The notes below the pieces were generated by a model that had not been told where the DNA came from, ran no database searches, and worked only from the letters and a program-made list of their open reading frames with translations. The position numbers were made by a program, and so were the translations under genes. DNA of 34,078 nt from a virus. Its lineage: Duplodnaviria > Caudoviricetes. The stretch's first letter is position 1, and each line of letters starts with the position of its first letter. Of this stretch, positions 7,261-17,804 are shown in pieces. The stretch spans positions 1 to 34,078 of IMG/VR virus record IMGVR_UViG_3300005805_000258. One strand, written 5' to 3'.

Positions 7261-9204
7261 ATGGCCACTATACCTTGTGCAGATGATGCTGGTAGCTTGA
7301 ACGATCCAAATGGTTCCCCAGCTCAAACTGGAAAAAATAATCCAGCCCTAACCACCTATACTCCTCCTTCTCTTGAGATTGGGCGGTGGGAAATATCCAC
7401 TCTTTCACCTGATGCCTGCGCGCAGGCTGATCAGCTGCGTCAGGAAACATACATAGCTGAGTCTCTGAATATTTCTGGAGCACCGATAAATATCTTCAAG
7501 CTACTAGGAGTTCATCAACAGGACTCCTCTTCTCTTAAGAATGTGGCCACTATCCTGGCTTCACCCTCTGCTCCTGGAAGCCCTACCTCAGGTGTAAATT
7601 CTGGAACGGGTTCTTGGAAATCATTGCAGACTGGAAGTGGTGTTACTAGCGGCAGCGTATGGATAGGTATGGATTTTGGTATTAAAACATTTACTAATTC
7701 ACCTAATCCTATCTACTCACCTAGCAAACCCAAGCTAACTCCTATAGGTGCAGTGTACCTGACTCAGGCAAACACGCCTCAAGAATTTGCACGAAGAGTG
7801 CGAGTTGAAACAACTGATGGATCCTGTGAGATATCGGGCGTGCCCATGCTCTCAGGTGTTGGCAATGGAACCATAGAGGACATTACACTAGGATCAGGTG
7901 CAACTGAGGGAACACTTATACTAACTGCGCTCAGTTCACCTAATGCATTCAGTGTCATGCTATCAAAGGCAGGCGGGGTCCTGGATCTCGGTACGGCTAC
8001 TGTTGGCCAGCAATTCAATAGCACTGTGATCAACTTCACCATTACCAGCGGTACCACTCCATTCAGCACAGGCGATCTTTTTTCTATTAGAGTATCATTT
8101 ATTTGGAAACGATCGGGTGTATTCAGTCTTGCCCAGTCACCTCTACCACAAGTATTAAATTTCCAAACTCCGGTACTGGCTAGGGCAGTGCGCATCATTC
8201 CTACTGTTTTTAACGGGTCTGGTAGCTGGGAAGTTCTAGCGCTTGACGCAAACCCTGCTCCAAAAGAATCAGTTGAAAATATAGAGGATTCATTCTTCAA
8301 TGAAAATAGAGACAGAGACTATGCTGTAGAGCCAGTCCTTCTAAAGGTACAGTATACCCCCACAGATTCTAATACAGATCTGTCACGGTTTGGTTTGAGC
8401 ATGATGGATCAGTATACATTTAAGGCAGCTTTTTCAACAATGGTGCGACTGCTAAACCGACCAATAGTGGTAGGCGACATCATAGAAGTTATTCCTGAAC
8501 TACAGTACGATACACAGCTCAGGCCTGTTAGAAAATTTTTAGAAGTGGTAGATACTGGATGGGATGCTGACGGATTCAGCACGTCCTGGCGACCAACAAT
8601 TTATAGATTCTCTGCGCAGCAGGTGCTTCCAAGTCAAGAAACGCGGGACATATTCGGGACCATTGATACTCAGAAATATATTCTCTCAGACGATCTCATT
8701 GTCTCAGATATTGGTGCTCAAATAGATACACTACCTCTTACGTCAAGTGAAGAAATATCCAAAGCCGCGGGAGACCGAGTTCCCGAGATAGGTTCAGATG
8801 ATTCATTGTCTGTGCTAGCTGTGCCAAAACCCTCAGCAGTTCCCATCATTAGTCAACCAGTCGCAGATATAACAGATGACAAACCCCAACAGGCAGCTCT
8901 CATAGAAGATGGATTGCCACCTGGGGGACTGCCGTATGGTGAAGGATTTGCACTGCCTGCTCTTACTGATTCAGTTGATGGCCAGTATTTCCGTCTGTAC
9001 TATGCCCCTGAAACACAGATACCTCCTCGTCTCTATCGCTTTAGTTCATTAAAGAATCGGTGGATATATCAAGAAACAGACAGGCGTGGAAAATACAGCT
9101 CTCATCGACCATCAGTGCGGGGAATACTTGAATCATCAACCAAGCAGGCTATAAATTCAAAAACGCCAATTAAGAGTGGAGGATCAATTCCTGACGATAA
9201 CTAA
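7261..9204 (+). CDS. Neck/head closure protein (T4 gp14-like) with inserted domains
   Basis: ESLNISGA.INIFKLLG, then IED.FF.ENRDRDY...DLSRFGL and LNRPIVVGDIIE. It follows the gp13-like gene. Confidence 0.8.
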   Translation: MATIPCADDAGSLNDPNGSPAQTGKNNPALTTYTPPSLEIGRWEISTLSPDACAQADQLRQETYIAESLNISGAPINIFKLLGVHQQDSSSLKNVATILASPSAPGSPTSGVNSGTGSWKSLQTGSGVTSGSVWIGMDFGIKTFTNSPNPIYSPSKPKLTPIGAVYLTQANTPQEFARRVRVETTDGSCEISGVPMLSGVGNGTIEDITLGSGATEGTLILTALSSPNAFSVMLSKAGGVLDLGTATVGQQFNSTVINFTITSGTTPFSTGDLFSIRVSFIWKRSGVFSLAQSPLPQVLNFQTPVLARAVRIIPTVFNGSGSWEVLALDANPAPKESVENIEDSFFNENRDRDYAVEPVLLKVQYTPTDSNTDLSRFGLSMMDQYTFKAAFSTMVRLLNRPIVVGDIIEVIPELQYDTQLRPVRKFLEVVDTGWDADGFSTSWRPTIYRFSAQQVLPSQETRDIFGTIDTQKYILSDDLIVSDIGAQIDTLPLTSSEEISKAAGDRVPEIGSDDSLSVLAVPKPSAVPIISQPVADITDDKPQQAALIEDGLPPGGLPYGEGFALPALTDSVDGQYFRLYYAPETQIPPRLYRFSSLKNRWIYQETDRRGKYSSHRPSVRGILESSTKQAINSKTPIKSGGSIPDDN

Positions 9205-9276
9205 TACTGCGCCTAGACGCGGCATATTGGCTATGAATAAATACTCTACAAATCTATTTCATCCTATTAAATCAAG

Positions 9277-11520
9277 ATGACTACTACAAAAAAGCCACTA
9301 ATACTAGAGACAGATGGCGTTATTGAACAACTGCCCAATGGTGGCATAATAAACGCCGGCGGTACCTCCTGGAACACCTTTACAGTGGGTGGGCGTGGGC
9401 TGCTGTTTGACGATGGATCCTCTACAAGTGGAGGTGCGCCATCTACTGTTGGACCAACTGGACCAACTGGACCAACTGGAGGTGCTGGTGCAACCGGGGC
9501 AACTGGTCCAACCGGTAAATCAGCAGAAGTTTATAGGCAGCGCTGGAACTATACAACTGCCCCACTAGCAATTGATGGAGTTATTGAGTTTGAAATTGAA
9601 CTTGGTGCAGCAATTATAGTCTATAATCTAACAGTGTCTAGACCTGTTCTAGTTCAGATATATGGTACTCCCCAGAAAAATGAACCAAATCCATACACAT
9701 TTCGTGCCACTTCAAATCACCTAATAGATGATGGTACCACACTTCTAAGCGATGGTACTACTATTAAAACTCGGCAGTATTCAATATTTGCTAATCTTGA
9801 AGAACCGGTTAAAGAGAAGGTCTATGCAAGGATTACAAATGTTTCAACTACTGCTGGCCCTGTAAACATAAGCATTCTCTATTTTGCTGCTGCAACTGAG
9901 CAGCCACCAACTCCTCCACCATCCCCAGTTGTGGGATATGGGACATCATTTCCTAGTTTTCCAAATACTGGAGAATTATTTTTAAGAACAGATGAAGATC
10001 GACTCTATGTGTACACTGGTTCAGATTGGGTGGCACCATCATCTCCGTCTACACTAGTAGGATATGGAACAGCTTTCCCGTCAGCACCATCTATAGGTGA
10101 GCTCTTCTTAAGAACTGACCAAGATGTTCTGTATGTCTATGACGGTACGCTGTGGATAGCAACCGTAGGTGTTGAAGCAAATGCTGCTGGGCTAGATACT
10201 CAAGTCCAGTATAACAGTGACAATCTTCTAGCAGGATCACCTAAGTTTACATGGGAAAATACTTCTGCAATTCTAACAGTCGATGGAACTATATCCGGTA
10301 AGAGTGCAGTACCTGGTGGTGGAGCTCTAACAATAAAAGCCGGAGATTCAAGCGCTGGCCCCGGTGCTCTACTCAGTGTCTTAGGATCAAATGGCTCAAG
10401 TGGTGGTAATCTAGTAATAGCTGCTGGTTCCACAGTTCTTGGAGATGGTGGCGACACCTTAATCTCTGGAGGAGCAGGAGCTGGACCTGACGGATCAGGT
10501 GGTCATCTTGAATTGTCAGGCGGCACATCAACGCAGCCTAGTGCAAATATTGGATCAGTAATACTTAAAACAAATGGCCAGGAACGTATTAGAGTTAATT
10601 CTGCTGGTGCCGTGTGTCTATCTGGGGCTACTAACTATGGGCTAAATGGCCAGATTCTAACTTCAAATGGGAATGCACCGCCAGCATGGAAAAATCCTGC
10701 ACCTCCAGTAGCAGGAGGTGCAGATGGTAATATTCAGTACAACTCTGGAGGATCTATAGTCGGTGCCTCTGAGTTGGGAATAATTCCTGGTGCATTTACG
10801 GTTGGAGGAGTTCTCGTAGTAGGAAAAATATTTGATAGCACACCTTTTAGAATAAAGGGGCTGTCACACTCATTTTCATCTGATTATTCGCCGACTTGCA
10901 GTGTAGAGATCTCTGGAGGAGATGCAGGTGCTGGAACAGGCACAGGTGGATCTGTATATCTTGTTGGTGGCCGATGCCAGAGTTATGGCTCGGCAGGCAG
11001 TACCTACATCTACTCAGGTCTTACTGAAGCAGGTGGCAGTGCTACCCCTGGTTCTCTGTATTTTGGAACTGGAACCACTGCTCGTGCAGAAAGACTGAGA
11101 ATAACCCCTCAAGGAGCATGGGGATTAGGAGGCTCGAATTTTGGTTCAGCAGGAAATATTCTAACAAGTAATGGTTCAACTTCTCCACCAACCTGGCAGC
11201 CTCATCTGGGATCAGCAATTCAAACTATTACTGAAATCCCTGATGTAGTTGCTGCTCTCAATGCAGATGTTGTGGGTAAGTGCGTCTCAAAATCTACTGG
11301 TACCATCCAACTTCGACCCAATATTTTTCCTGCTGGTGGTCAATTTAGTATTTTCAACAGCAGTAACTCCAGCATGGTAATAGAACAGATGAGTGGTCTG
11401 ACTCTCAGAAGAGCTGGAACACCAAGTACTGGTAATAGAAATCTTGCTGGATATGGGTTTGTAACCGTCCTATTCATAACACCAACTCTGGCGGTTGTCA
11501 GGGGAGACGGTTTAACCTAA
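9277..11520 (+). CDS. Fibre protein (tail/neck fibre) with short collagen-like stretch and Gly-rich repeats
   Basis: GPT/GAT triplets, two GT.FP..P..GELFLRTD modules, GG.L.I.[AG]G repeats, GQILTSNG..PP.W modules and a fibre-type C-terminal domain. AATAAATA lies at 9236-9243. Confidence 0.8.
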   Translation: MTTTKKPLILETDGVIEQLPNGGIINAGGTSWNTFTVGGRGLLFDDGSSTSGGAPSTVGPTGPTGPTGGAGATGATGPTGKSAEVYRQRWNYTTAPLAIDGVIEFEIELGAAIIVYNLTVSRPVLVQIYGTPQKNEPNPYTFRATSNHLIDDGTTLLSDGTTIKTRQYSIFANLEEPVKEKVYARITNVSTTAGPVNISILYFAAATEQPPTPPPSPVVGYGTSFPSFPNTGELFLRTDEDRLYVYTGSDWVAPSSPSTLVGYGTAFPSAPSIGELFLRTDQDVLYVYDGTLWIATVGVEANAAGLDTQVQYNSDNLLAGSPKFTWENTSAILTVDGTISGKSAVPGGGALTIKAGDSSAGPGALLSVLGSNGSSGGNLVIAAGSTVLGDGGDTLISGGAGAGPDGSGGHLELSGGTSTQPSANIGSVILKTNGQERIRVNSAGAVCLSGATNYGLNGQILTSNGNAPPAWKNPAPPVAGGADGNIQYNSGGSIVGASELGIIPGAFTVGGVLVVGKIFDSTPFRIKGLSHSFSSDYSPTCSVEISGGDAGAGTGTGGSVYLVGGRCQSYGSAGSTYIYSGLTEAGGSATPGSLYFGTGTTARAERLRITPQGAWGLGGSNFGSAGNILTSNGSTSPPTWQPHLGSAIQTITEIPDVVAALNADVVGKCVSKSTGTIQLRPNIFPAGGQFSIFNSSNSSMVIEQMSGLTLRRAGTPSTGNRNLAGYGFVTVLFITPTLAVVRGDGLT
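9451..9516 (+). repeat. Collagen-like Gly-X-Y repeat; GGACCAACT x3
   Basis: Encodes GPTGPTGPTGGAGATGATGPTG. Confidence 0.9.
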
Positions 11521-11541
11521 TCTGTCACTAATAAACATTTT

Positions 11542-11549
11542 TATAAATA
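11542..11549 (+). promoter_or_regulatory. T4-type late promoter TATAAATA
   Basis: Exact consensus, followed by a GTGGC-GAGC-GCCAC hairpin and an AGGAG SD. Confidence 0.8.
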
Positions 11550-11595
11550 ACTGAGTGGTGGCGAGCGCCACAAAAATAAAATAGGAGAATCTCGA

Positions 11596-12573
11596 ATGGC
11601 GTTCTTTACTGTGCAACGAAATGAGTTTACAAAGGTTTCTGACATGATGAAGCAAGTCGTCATAGACATGTCTGACCACGGTTTTGAGATTGTTTCTCCG
11701 ACAGATTTTGATCCGGCAGCTCCACTTACCGCTCCGTACAAAGTTGTGTTGAATGCTACCACAGATGTAGATCCTCTAGCTTCAACTCAGCCTTGGAGAA
11801 TTTGCTTTGACGTAATGAGTGATCAGACTTGCGCAGCATTCGTTGCTACTCCATTTCAAATTTCAGACACGGGTGAAATTAGCGGATTTGTTAATGCCAC
11901 AGGACAGGTAGTGTCCCTGACAGGAATAGTAGGATCCCCAGTGGATGCAGTAGATCAAGATGATCCATCAACTGGATTTATTAACAGATCCAAGAGAGTT
12001 ATGACGCAGAACAAGGGAACATTCCCCCTTAATTACCGGCTGAGTATATCTGATCATGGTTTCTTTTTGGGAGCATGGGAAGGTAACTGGGCTTCTGTTA
12101 TTGCTCAAACCACAATCGATTCATATATGAACTGGATACTCGTGCAGCGTCCAGTCAACAAACAGACCGGAGCCACTCTTGTAACTGGTAAATGTCCATT
12201 ATTCTGTGTTAATAAAGTCAATGATGGCTATTGGAGATTTATTGTACGTGAGAGTGACATTCCCCATCCCACTGTGCCAGTTGTAGCAGATGAGCACACG
12301 GAAGATAATTTTAGGCTGATAAATTCTCAAAATCAGGTATCTATAACTGAAGATAAAAAATACTTGGTTTCATTTGTTAATAATCTAAACACACCTCGCT
12401 TCAGATATACTGAAGAACTGGATATGATAGGCATCATATCAGCAGACGTGGTCATGGAAAGCATACCGCTAACACTGAGCGCATATGGAGCAAATAGAAT
12501 TTACACAGCTCTTCCCGGCGATCAAGATTTTAATACTGGTGTCAGAGTACTTGCGCTCACATCACTGAGCTAA
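11596..12573 (+). CDS. Virion structural protein, paralogue 1
   Basis: Late promoter and AGGAG SD; colinear similarity to 12590-13651. Confidence 0.7.
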   Translation: MAFFTVQRNEFTKVSDMMKQVVIDMSDHGFEIVSPTDFDPAAPLTAPYKVVLNATTDVDPLASTQPWRICFDVMSDQTCAAFVATPFQISDTGEISGFVNATGQVVSLTGIVGSPVDAVDQDDPSTGFINRSKRVMTQNKGTFPLNYRLSISDHGFFLGAWEGNWASVIAQTTIDSYMNWILVQRPVNKQTGATLVTGKCPLFCVNKVNDGYWRFIVRESDIPHPTVPVVADEHTEDNFRLINSQNQVSITEDKKYLVSFVNNLNTPRFRYTEELDMIGIISADVVMESIPLTLSAYGANRIYTALPGDQDFNTGVRVLALTSLS

Positions 12574-12589
12574 ATAGGAGAATAAACAG

Positions 12590-13651
12590 ATGTTTACAGT
12601 AGAGCGTCAAGGATTCAATACCGTTAGATCAATGACACTGTCTTTGATAGACGACATGGTTGCTAATGGATTTACCGTAATATACCCTCAGCCATATGCC
12701 TCTCCTACAGAAGGTAGCGCAGGGTTCAAGGTAGTACTTGAAACAACCCCAGTATCAAATGCATTTCACAGTACCACTGGTCAACCTTGGAGAATAGCAT
12801 TTGAGATTTTAGATACGACAAATGCAATTCAAAATGTGCCATCTTTAGATGATGCCCGCATCTTGGCCTGTTATGTAGGGACCAGTGCTAACATTGCGAA
12901 TGATGGCACCATTGCTTGTTCCCTATCTACATACATGTCCTCTATTTTCAAGAACGAACCATATGGAAATATTGGGGCAGAATGGACCAATAAAGGGACT
13001 CAGAATAATATAGATGCCACACCAAATCATAATATCCCTAACCAAGGTTTTATTAACAGATTCTTGATAGAGAATCAGGGAATGGGTGGCATACGCCCTC
13101 TATCTTACAGGCTGTGCATAACTAACCGTGGAGCGTTTATCGGTGTATGGGACACACGAACAGAAGAAACGGGCGTTGGCTTTAATTGGATTCTAATTCA
13201 GCGCTCAGTTGATAAGGATACTGGTGCAATCAGAGGATCTTCGGCCCCAGCCAGTACCTGTCCCGTTTTTTGTATTAATTCAGTTGCAAATAACATCTAT
13301 AAATTTATTGTAAGAGAGACAGACGTTCTCAGCCCAAGTTCTAGAAAGTTGAATACTGCTGATGCAGAAGATAGTCCAGCTCCTCTTAATCCAGAGAAGC
13401 AGGTATGTTTCAATGAAAATGGGGACTATGTTATCACGCTCTTGAACAATCTAACAACCCCAAGATACAAGTATGCTGATGAATTGGATATGGTTGGCAC
13501 GATCAGCGCTGATGTAGTTGGGGCGGGTCAAGTCATAGACTTTACTGTGTATGGCGAATCCTCTGCTAGAAGCTACATGGCACTTCAGGCAAATAAACCA
13601 AACAACACCGGCATGAGACTCATGGTTCTCGTTAATAACCCTAATGAGTAA
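12590..13651 (+). CDS. Virion structural protein, paralogue 2
   Basis: AGGAG SD. Shares QPWRI, GFINR, NWIL.QR.V.K.TGA, CP.FC.N.V, FIVRE.D and TPR..Y..ELDM.G.ISADVV with paralogue 1. Confidence 0.7.
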   Translation: MFTVERQGFNTVRSMTLSLIDDMVANGFTVIYPQPYASPTEGSAGFKVVLETTPVSNAFHSTTGQPWRIAFEILDTTNAIQNVPSLDDARILACYVGTSANIANDGTIACSLSTYMSSIFKNEPYGNIGAEWTNKGTQNNIDATPNHNIPNQGFINRFLIENQGMGGIRPLSYRLCITNRGAFIGVWDTRTEETGVGFNWILIQRSVDKDTGAIRGSSAPASTCPVFCINSVANNIYKFIVRETDVLSPSSRKLNTADAEDSPAPLNPEKQVCFNENGDYVITLLNNLTTPRYKYADELDMVGTISADVVGAGQVIDFTVYGESSARSYMALQANKPNNTGMRLMVLVNNPNE

Positions 13652-13672
13652 CAGGTGTGATAGGAGCTACAG

Positions 13673-16600
13673 GTGTTTCCATCACTATCAAAGTGCGCTC
13701 CTGGGGTAATAACTGAGAGTGAATTTACCGCCACATATAGTTTTTCATTAGATATATCTCCTGATATTGAGATATATCTAGATGGTGACCTCGTTACTGC
13801 TCGTCCAATAGGGATAGAAGTCGGCGAAAATGTAAAAGCGCGATTTTTTTCACCACTTGATTTTTTAGATCATGTACTTATCCCTTATACTATAGATGGG
13901 ATAGGCTACAGTTTTGCCGCCGTTAACAAAAGCCAGCACACGGTCTTTTTCTCAAGTGAAATAGGGAATAAGAGGTGGTGGGAAATTCCTACGACTTTGC
14001 CACATGTGATCTCATACAGGAACAACAGCGGCAATAAAACTATCTTTAGGGATTTGGGCTATAATGCTGTATCAGTTCTTCAAGAGTATGAAGCGATACC
14101 GGATCCACAGACAAGTACAGTGTATTTCTACAATGCGGATGGGGTACTAATTGAAAATTTGTTGATGCCAGCTAAACCAATTCAGTGCACAAAGTATATC
14201 TCTGAACAAGAAAGTTTCTTTATAGTTTCTTGCGATAATGGTTTTTTGTACAGAGTTAATCCAAATCTACAGATTCTAGAACAACCCTACCTAGAAGGTG
14301 GGCAACTTATTAGCAGGCGCAGGGGAAATACTAGCGATTGGCTCTTCCTGCTTTCTTTTGAAATAGATGTTCCATTTAAGGGCTCTTTTGTTAATTTGGG
14401 TGGCTCTTCAATTGAAGATGCAGTGTCTGAAGAAAAGTATGTAAGTTGCGCGAATGGGAGAATTTGGGTTGGAGGACCAGGGAAAATATGGGTACTAAAC
14501 CCCGATTTTTCAATCATGCGAGAATTTACCACATACGCACAGTGTGTTGGAATTCAGGCACTGGATAATGCAGCAGTAGCCACTACTAAATATGGTACTG
14601 TCGAATTAGTAGATTTAGAGCAAACTAGCAATGAAAGTCTTCCACTGTATGAAGATGAATGGTTGACCAATCCTGTTAAATTTGGAGACTATATTGCTAT
14701 CGGCAATAGCACTAGATCTTCACTCATCTTAATAAATGCACAGAGCTATTCTCAGAGTGAAATAGAACTAGGGGATTTTGCACCAAGCTATCTATGCAAA
14801 TCAGGAGATAGGCTATACATTTCAGGTCATGATACAAACATCATAAAAATTTATGATGGGGCGCTACTGCAAGAAGATAGCTTTGCAGATAAAGTCACAT
14901 GGGTACAGACAGTTGGTGATGGAGTAATTGTCAGCCACTATCTAAGAGGAATAAGCGTACTAGAACATGATCGCAGACAAACAGTAATTCCATTTCAGTT
15001 ACCAAGCACAACAGCACCACTGACATGGGTGGGCGGCGGTTCCCACAAAATTATTAATCTAGGACAAGAATCAATACCTGTTGTGGTCCCCGAAGGGGTC
15101 AGATACTGGTCTGATGGAGTAGAGAATGGGCTACTAAATACTGGATCTATTTTTACAGTGGCCGCTCGCATTGATGCTCCAAGAACACATCTATTCCCAG
15201 TCATCATTGGTGATACTGTTCTAGAATTTCAAATCACGGGTTCCGCGCAGACATACAGCCCTAGAGATATCAACTTTCCTACTGTAATGGCAGAGAATGG
15301 TATTGCTCAGCATGATTTTTACTATCCTGATGGGTACCAACCAGTCATAGCAAGTATAGACTGTGGGCACCTATTAAAGAATTTTAGGCCATATATGGGA
15401 GAACCAATAACTCCAGGCGATGTTGTTTCCGTGTGCATACCATTTGGTAACAGCGTTAATCCAGTTGTTTCTACATTTACCCTAGGTGATTCTACTTTCT
15501 GTATCCCCGTCAATCCTGTCACTGTTTCTACTCACATACTGAATCAAACTGCAGCAGCAATAAATTCAACCTCTTCAGCTTCTTATACAATCACACAGGC
15601 GGGTGATTACTATTTTCCGCCAAATGATGAAACTGTCTCAAGTGTAGAAATTCAACTGCTCGGTAGACCAATTTTTAATTTAGGAGCAGCAACTGATTCA
15701 TCTAGTGCAATCTCTAATCTTACCCTCTATGGATCTACCACGCAGGAGTTGGCAGACCTGTACGCTCGTGTTAGTGAAACCTCTGGACTATTTGATGTCT
15801 ATTTTGATGCTGGGACTCCACACGTCTTAACATCTTATTACCTAATGCCACGGTGGGGTGATGTTCAACTAACTCCAGAAATAACAGTCAGGCAAGCCAT
15901 AGAAATCCCCGTAAACTTTAAAATTTTAGCCTCAAATGATGCCACCACTTGGGTAGAGCTAGCCACATTTTCGGGACTAACCGTAAGTGAGTGGGAGGAA
16001 AATACTTTTAGAGAATTTCAATTCTCAAATAACCAAGCCTACAGATATTGGCGACTACAGAATACAACAACCCAGGACGGCGGCGTTTCTATTGTTAGGT
16101 GGAAAGTAAAAGGATCCAAAAAGGATCTTGAGATCTCCATAAATGGTGTTGCATCAACACCTGGATTGATTAGTCTCAGTGCCGGAGACACAGTTTTATT
16201 TAAAGTTGGAAATAGCCCTAGAATATGGGATTCCCGACACGCAAAAATAGTAGGACCACAGAACATAACATTCACATCTACGACTGTTTCACTTGAGACA
16301 ATATCTTATTTAGACTGTGGATCCATAGCAGATGCATATGTGAGGCTGACTTATGATAGAGGGCCAGTGTCCATAATAACCTCACTTGATTCTGTAGAAT
16401 TAAAAACATTCAGTCCCTACCTGAAATTACGCAAAAATAGTGAAATAGAATTTGTGGATACTCTTACTGTACAGAATGGTGATACTGTCTCAGTGAGAAA
16501 AATAGTACGCAATCTTTTTGAAGACCGAGCAGCAATTTTTAATCAACAGGAAGACCCAACTTTTGAGGATACTGTTAATGTTGAAGTAGGCTCCCTAAGC

Positions 16601-17803
16601 ATATCCAGTGATGATATTAGTGGCGCACTCTATTATAATAGTAGCTCGTATGTGAATCAAGTTGCCCATCCCACGGTGACAGCGCAGAGCCACACCACAT
16701 CTACAGCTTATGATTTTAACCTTTCGCGCTTGAATGTCACCTCTGCAACAAATGAATTTGATGCGAAGCTGCACTCTCTACAATCATCAACCTCACCAAG
16801 ACTCGCTCAACAACTACTATTCAACAATACATTCTCTGAGGCCGGGGCAATACAATCTCAGATTACCACTCAATTTACAACAGCATTCTCAAATGTATAT
16901 GGTTTAGATCTCCTAAGTACTTCTTCATACAGTGATACTTCTTATATTATCAATAAAAACACAGATGCTGTTGATAGATTTTTTACAGCATTTAATCCCA
17001 TAGAATATCATGAGGAGCTTAAATTTGTACTGTTACCACCATCAGTACAAATTTATTTGTACTCAAGAGCAATTGATTTTTACACACTGATAGTGTTTGA
17101 AACGCACCATCATGTTCCAACGTATTCCATAGTAGACCCCCATGTAAGCTTAAAGTCAGGGTCTGAATTGGTGTTACGACCGATACCTGTACTTGAATCT
17201 ATAAAATCAATTTCTGAATTAGTGCTGCGGGCAATACCTGTGCATGACAGTCTTTTAGATCATGACAGTCTGACAGAGCTGGCTGTTTTTAATACTCATC
17301 TTGGACTAGATAATAAATTAACTTTGTCATCTTTTACTAAGATGGTCTCAAGGGACAATTATGTTGATCTAGATGTTTTTGAGACGTATATTTCTCAGTT
17401 GGCAAATAAATTAGGATCTAAGCCACTTGCAATCCATCATGGATTTAATCATATACTGTTTGACCACTATTCATTCCTAGCGCCTAAAGATCAATTCATA
17501 CATCTAAACAGATATCACTCTCTAAAGAGTGAGCAGGTTGTACGCATTCTGGATGGAATGAACACAATACCAATTGACGACATCATTTGGACAACAGATG
17601 AAATAAATGAGTATGGAGCCTTTGCCACAGACCAGGAAGCTGCAGATGCTGCTCTAGTTGCGGGGCATACCCCTGTCATAGTGTTTCAGATACCAGGAAC
17701 TTCTAGCTTCACATACAGAAGGTTGAGCAACATAACACAGGTCTGTGGTATTATACCAGTTCCCTCAATCTATGCTGTTGCATGGTTAATTCAAGGAGGA
17801 TAG
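13673..17803 (+). CDS. Large multidomain virion protein (beta-propeller-like region plus discoidin/F5-8C-like domain)
   Basis: GTG start with AGGAG SD; beta-rich. P.NFKILASNDATTWVEL...F.F.N.QAYRYWRL is a discoidin-like signature. Confidence 0.65.
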   Translation: MFPSLSKCAPGVITESEFTATYSFSLDISPDIEIYLDGDLVTARPIGIEVGENVKARFFSPLDFLDHVLIPYTIDGIGYSFAAVNKSQHTVFFSSEIGNKRWWEIPTTLPHVISYRNNSGNKTIFRDLGYNAVSVLQEYEAIPDPQTSTVYFYNADGVLIENLLMPAKPIQCTKYISEQESFFIVSCDNGFLYRVNPNLQILEQPYLEGGQLISRRRGNTSDWLFLLSFEIDVPFKGSFVNLGGSSIEDAVSEEKYVSCANGRIWVGGPGKIWVLNPDFSIMREFTTYAQCVGIQALDNAAVATTKYGTVELVDLEQTSNESLPLYEDEWLTNPVKFGDYIAIGNSTRSSLILINAQSYSQSEIELGDFAPSYLCKSGDRLYISGHDTNIIKIYDGALLQEDSFADKVTWVQTVGDGVIVSHYLRGISVLEHDRRQTVIPFQLPSTTAPLTWVGGGSHKIINLGQESIPVVVPEGVRYWSDGVENGLLNTGSIFTVAARIDAPRTHLFPVIIGDTVLEFQITGSAQTYSPRDINFPTVMAENGIAQHDFYYPDGYQPVIASIDCGHLLKNFRPYMGEPITPGDVVSVCIPFGNSVNPVVSTFTLGDSTFCIPVNPVTVSTHILNQTAAAINSTSSASYTITQAGDYYFPPNDETVSSVEIQLLGRPIFNLGAATDSSSAISNLTLYGSTTQELADLYARVSETSGLFDVYFDAGTPHVLTSYYLMPRWGDVQLTPEITVRQAIEIPVNFKILASNDATTWVELATFSGLTVSEWEENTFREFQFSNNQAYRYWRLQNTTTQDGGVSIVRWKVKGSKKDLEISINGVASTPGLISLSAGDTVLFKVGNSPRIWDSRHAKIVGPQNITFTSTTVSLETISYLDCGSIADAYVRLTYDRGPVSIITSLDSVELKTFSPYLKLRKNSEIEFVDTLTVQNGDTVSVRKIVRNLFEDRAAIFNQQEDPTFEDTVNVEVGSLSISSDDISGALYYNSSSYVNQVAHPTVTAQSHTTSTAYDFNLSRLNVTSATNEFDAKLHSLQSSTSPRLAQQLLFNNTFSEAGAIQSQITTQFTTAFSNVYGLDLLSTSSYSDTSYIINKNTDAVDRFFTAFNPIEYHEELKFVLLPPSVQIYLYSRAIDFYTLIVFETHHHVPTYSIVDPHVSLKSGSELVLRPIPVLESIKSISELVLRAIPVHDSLLDHDSLTELAVFNTHLGLDNKLTLSSFTKMVSRDNYVDLDVFETYISQLANKLGSKPLAIHHGFNHILFDHYSFLAPKDQFIHLNRYHSLKSEQVVRILDGMNTIPIDDIIWTTDEINEYGAFATDQEAADAALVAGHTPVIVFQIPGTSSFTYRRLSNITQVCGIIPVPSIYAVAWLIQGG

Positions 17804-17804
17804 C

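Noticed and set aside
9451-9516. Collagen stretch as the substrate of the prolyl 4-hydroxylase
   Set aside because: Pro is in the X position (G-P-T), not the X-Pro-Gly context used by collagen-type P4H, and the P4H appears early and host-like.
11557-11571. Terminator at the GTGGC-GAGC-GCCAC hairpin
   Set aside because: There is no U-tract after it on either strand. It lies just after a late promoter and is more likely a 5' leader hairpin.
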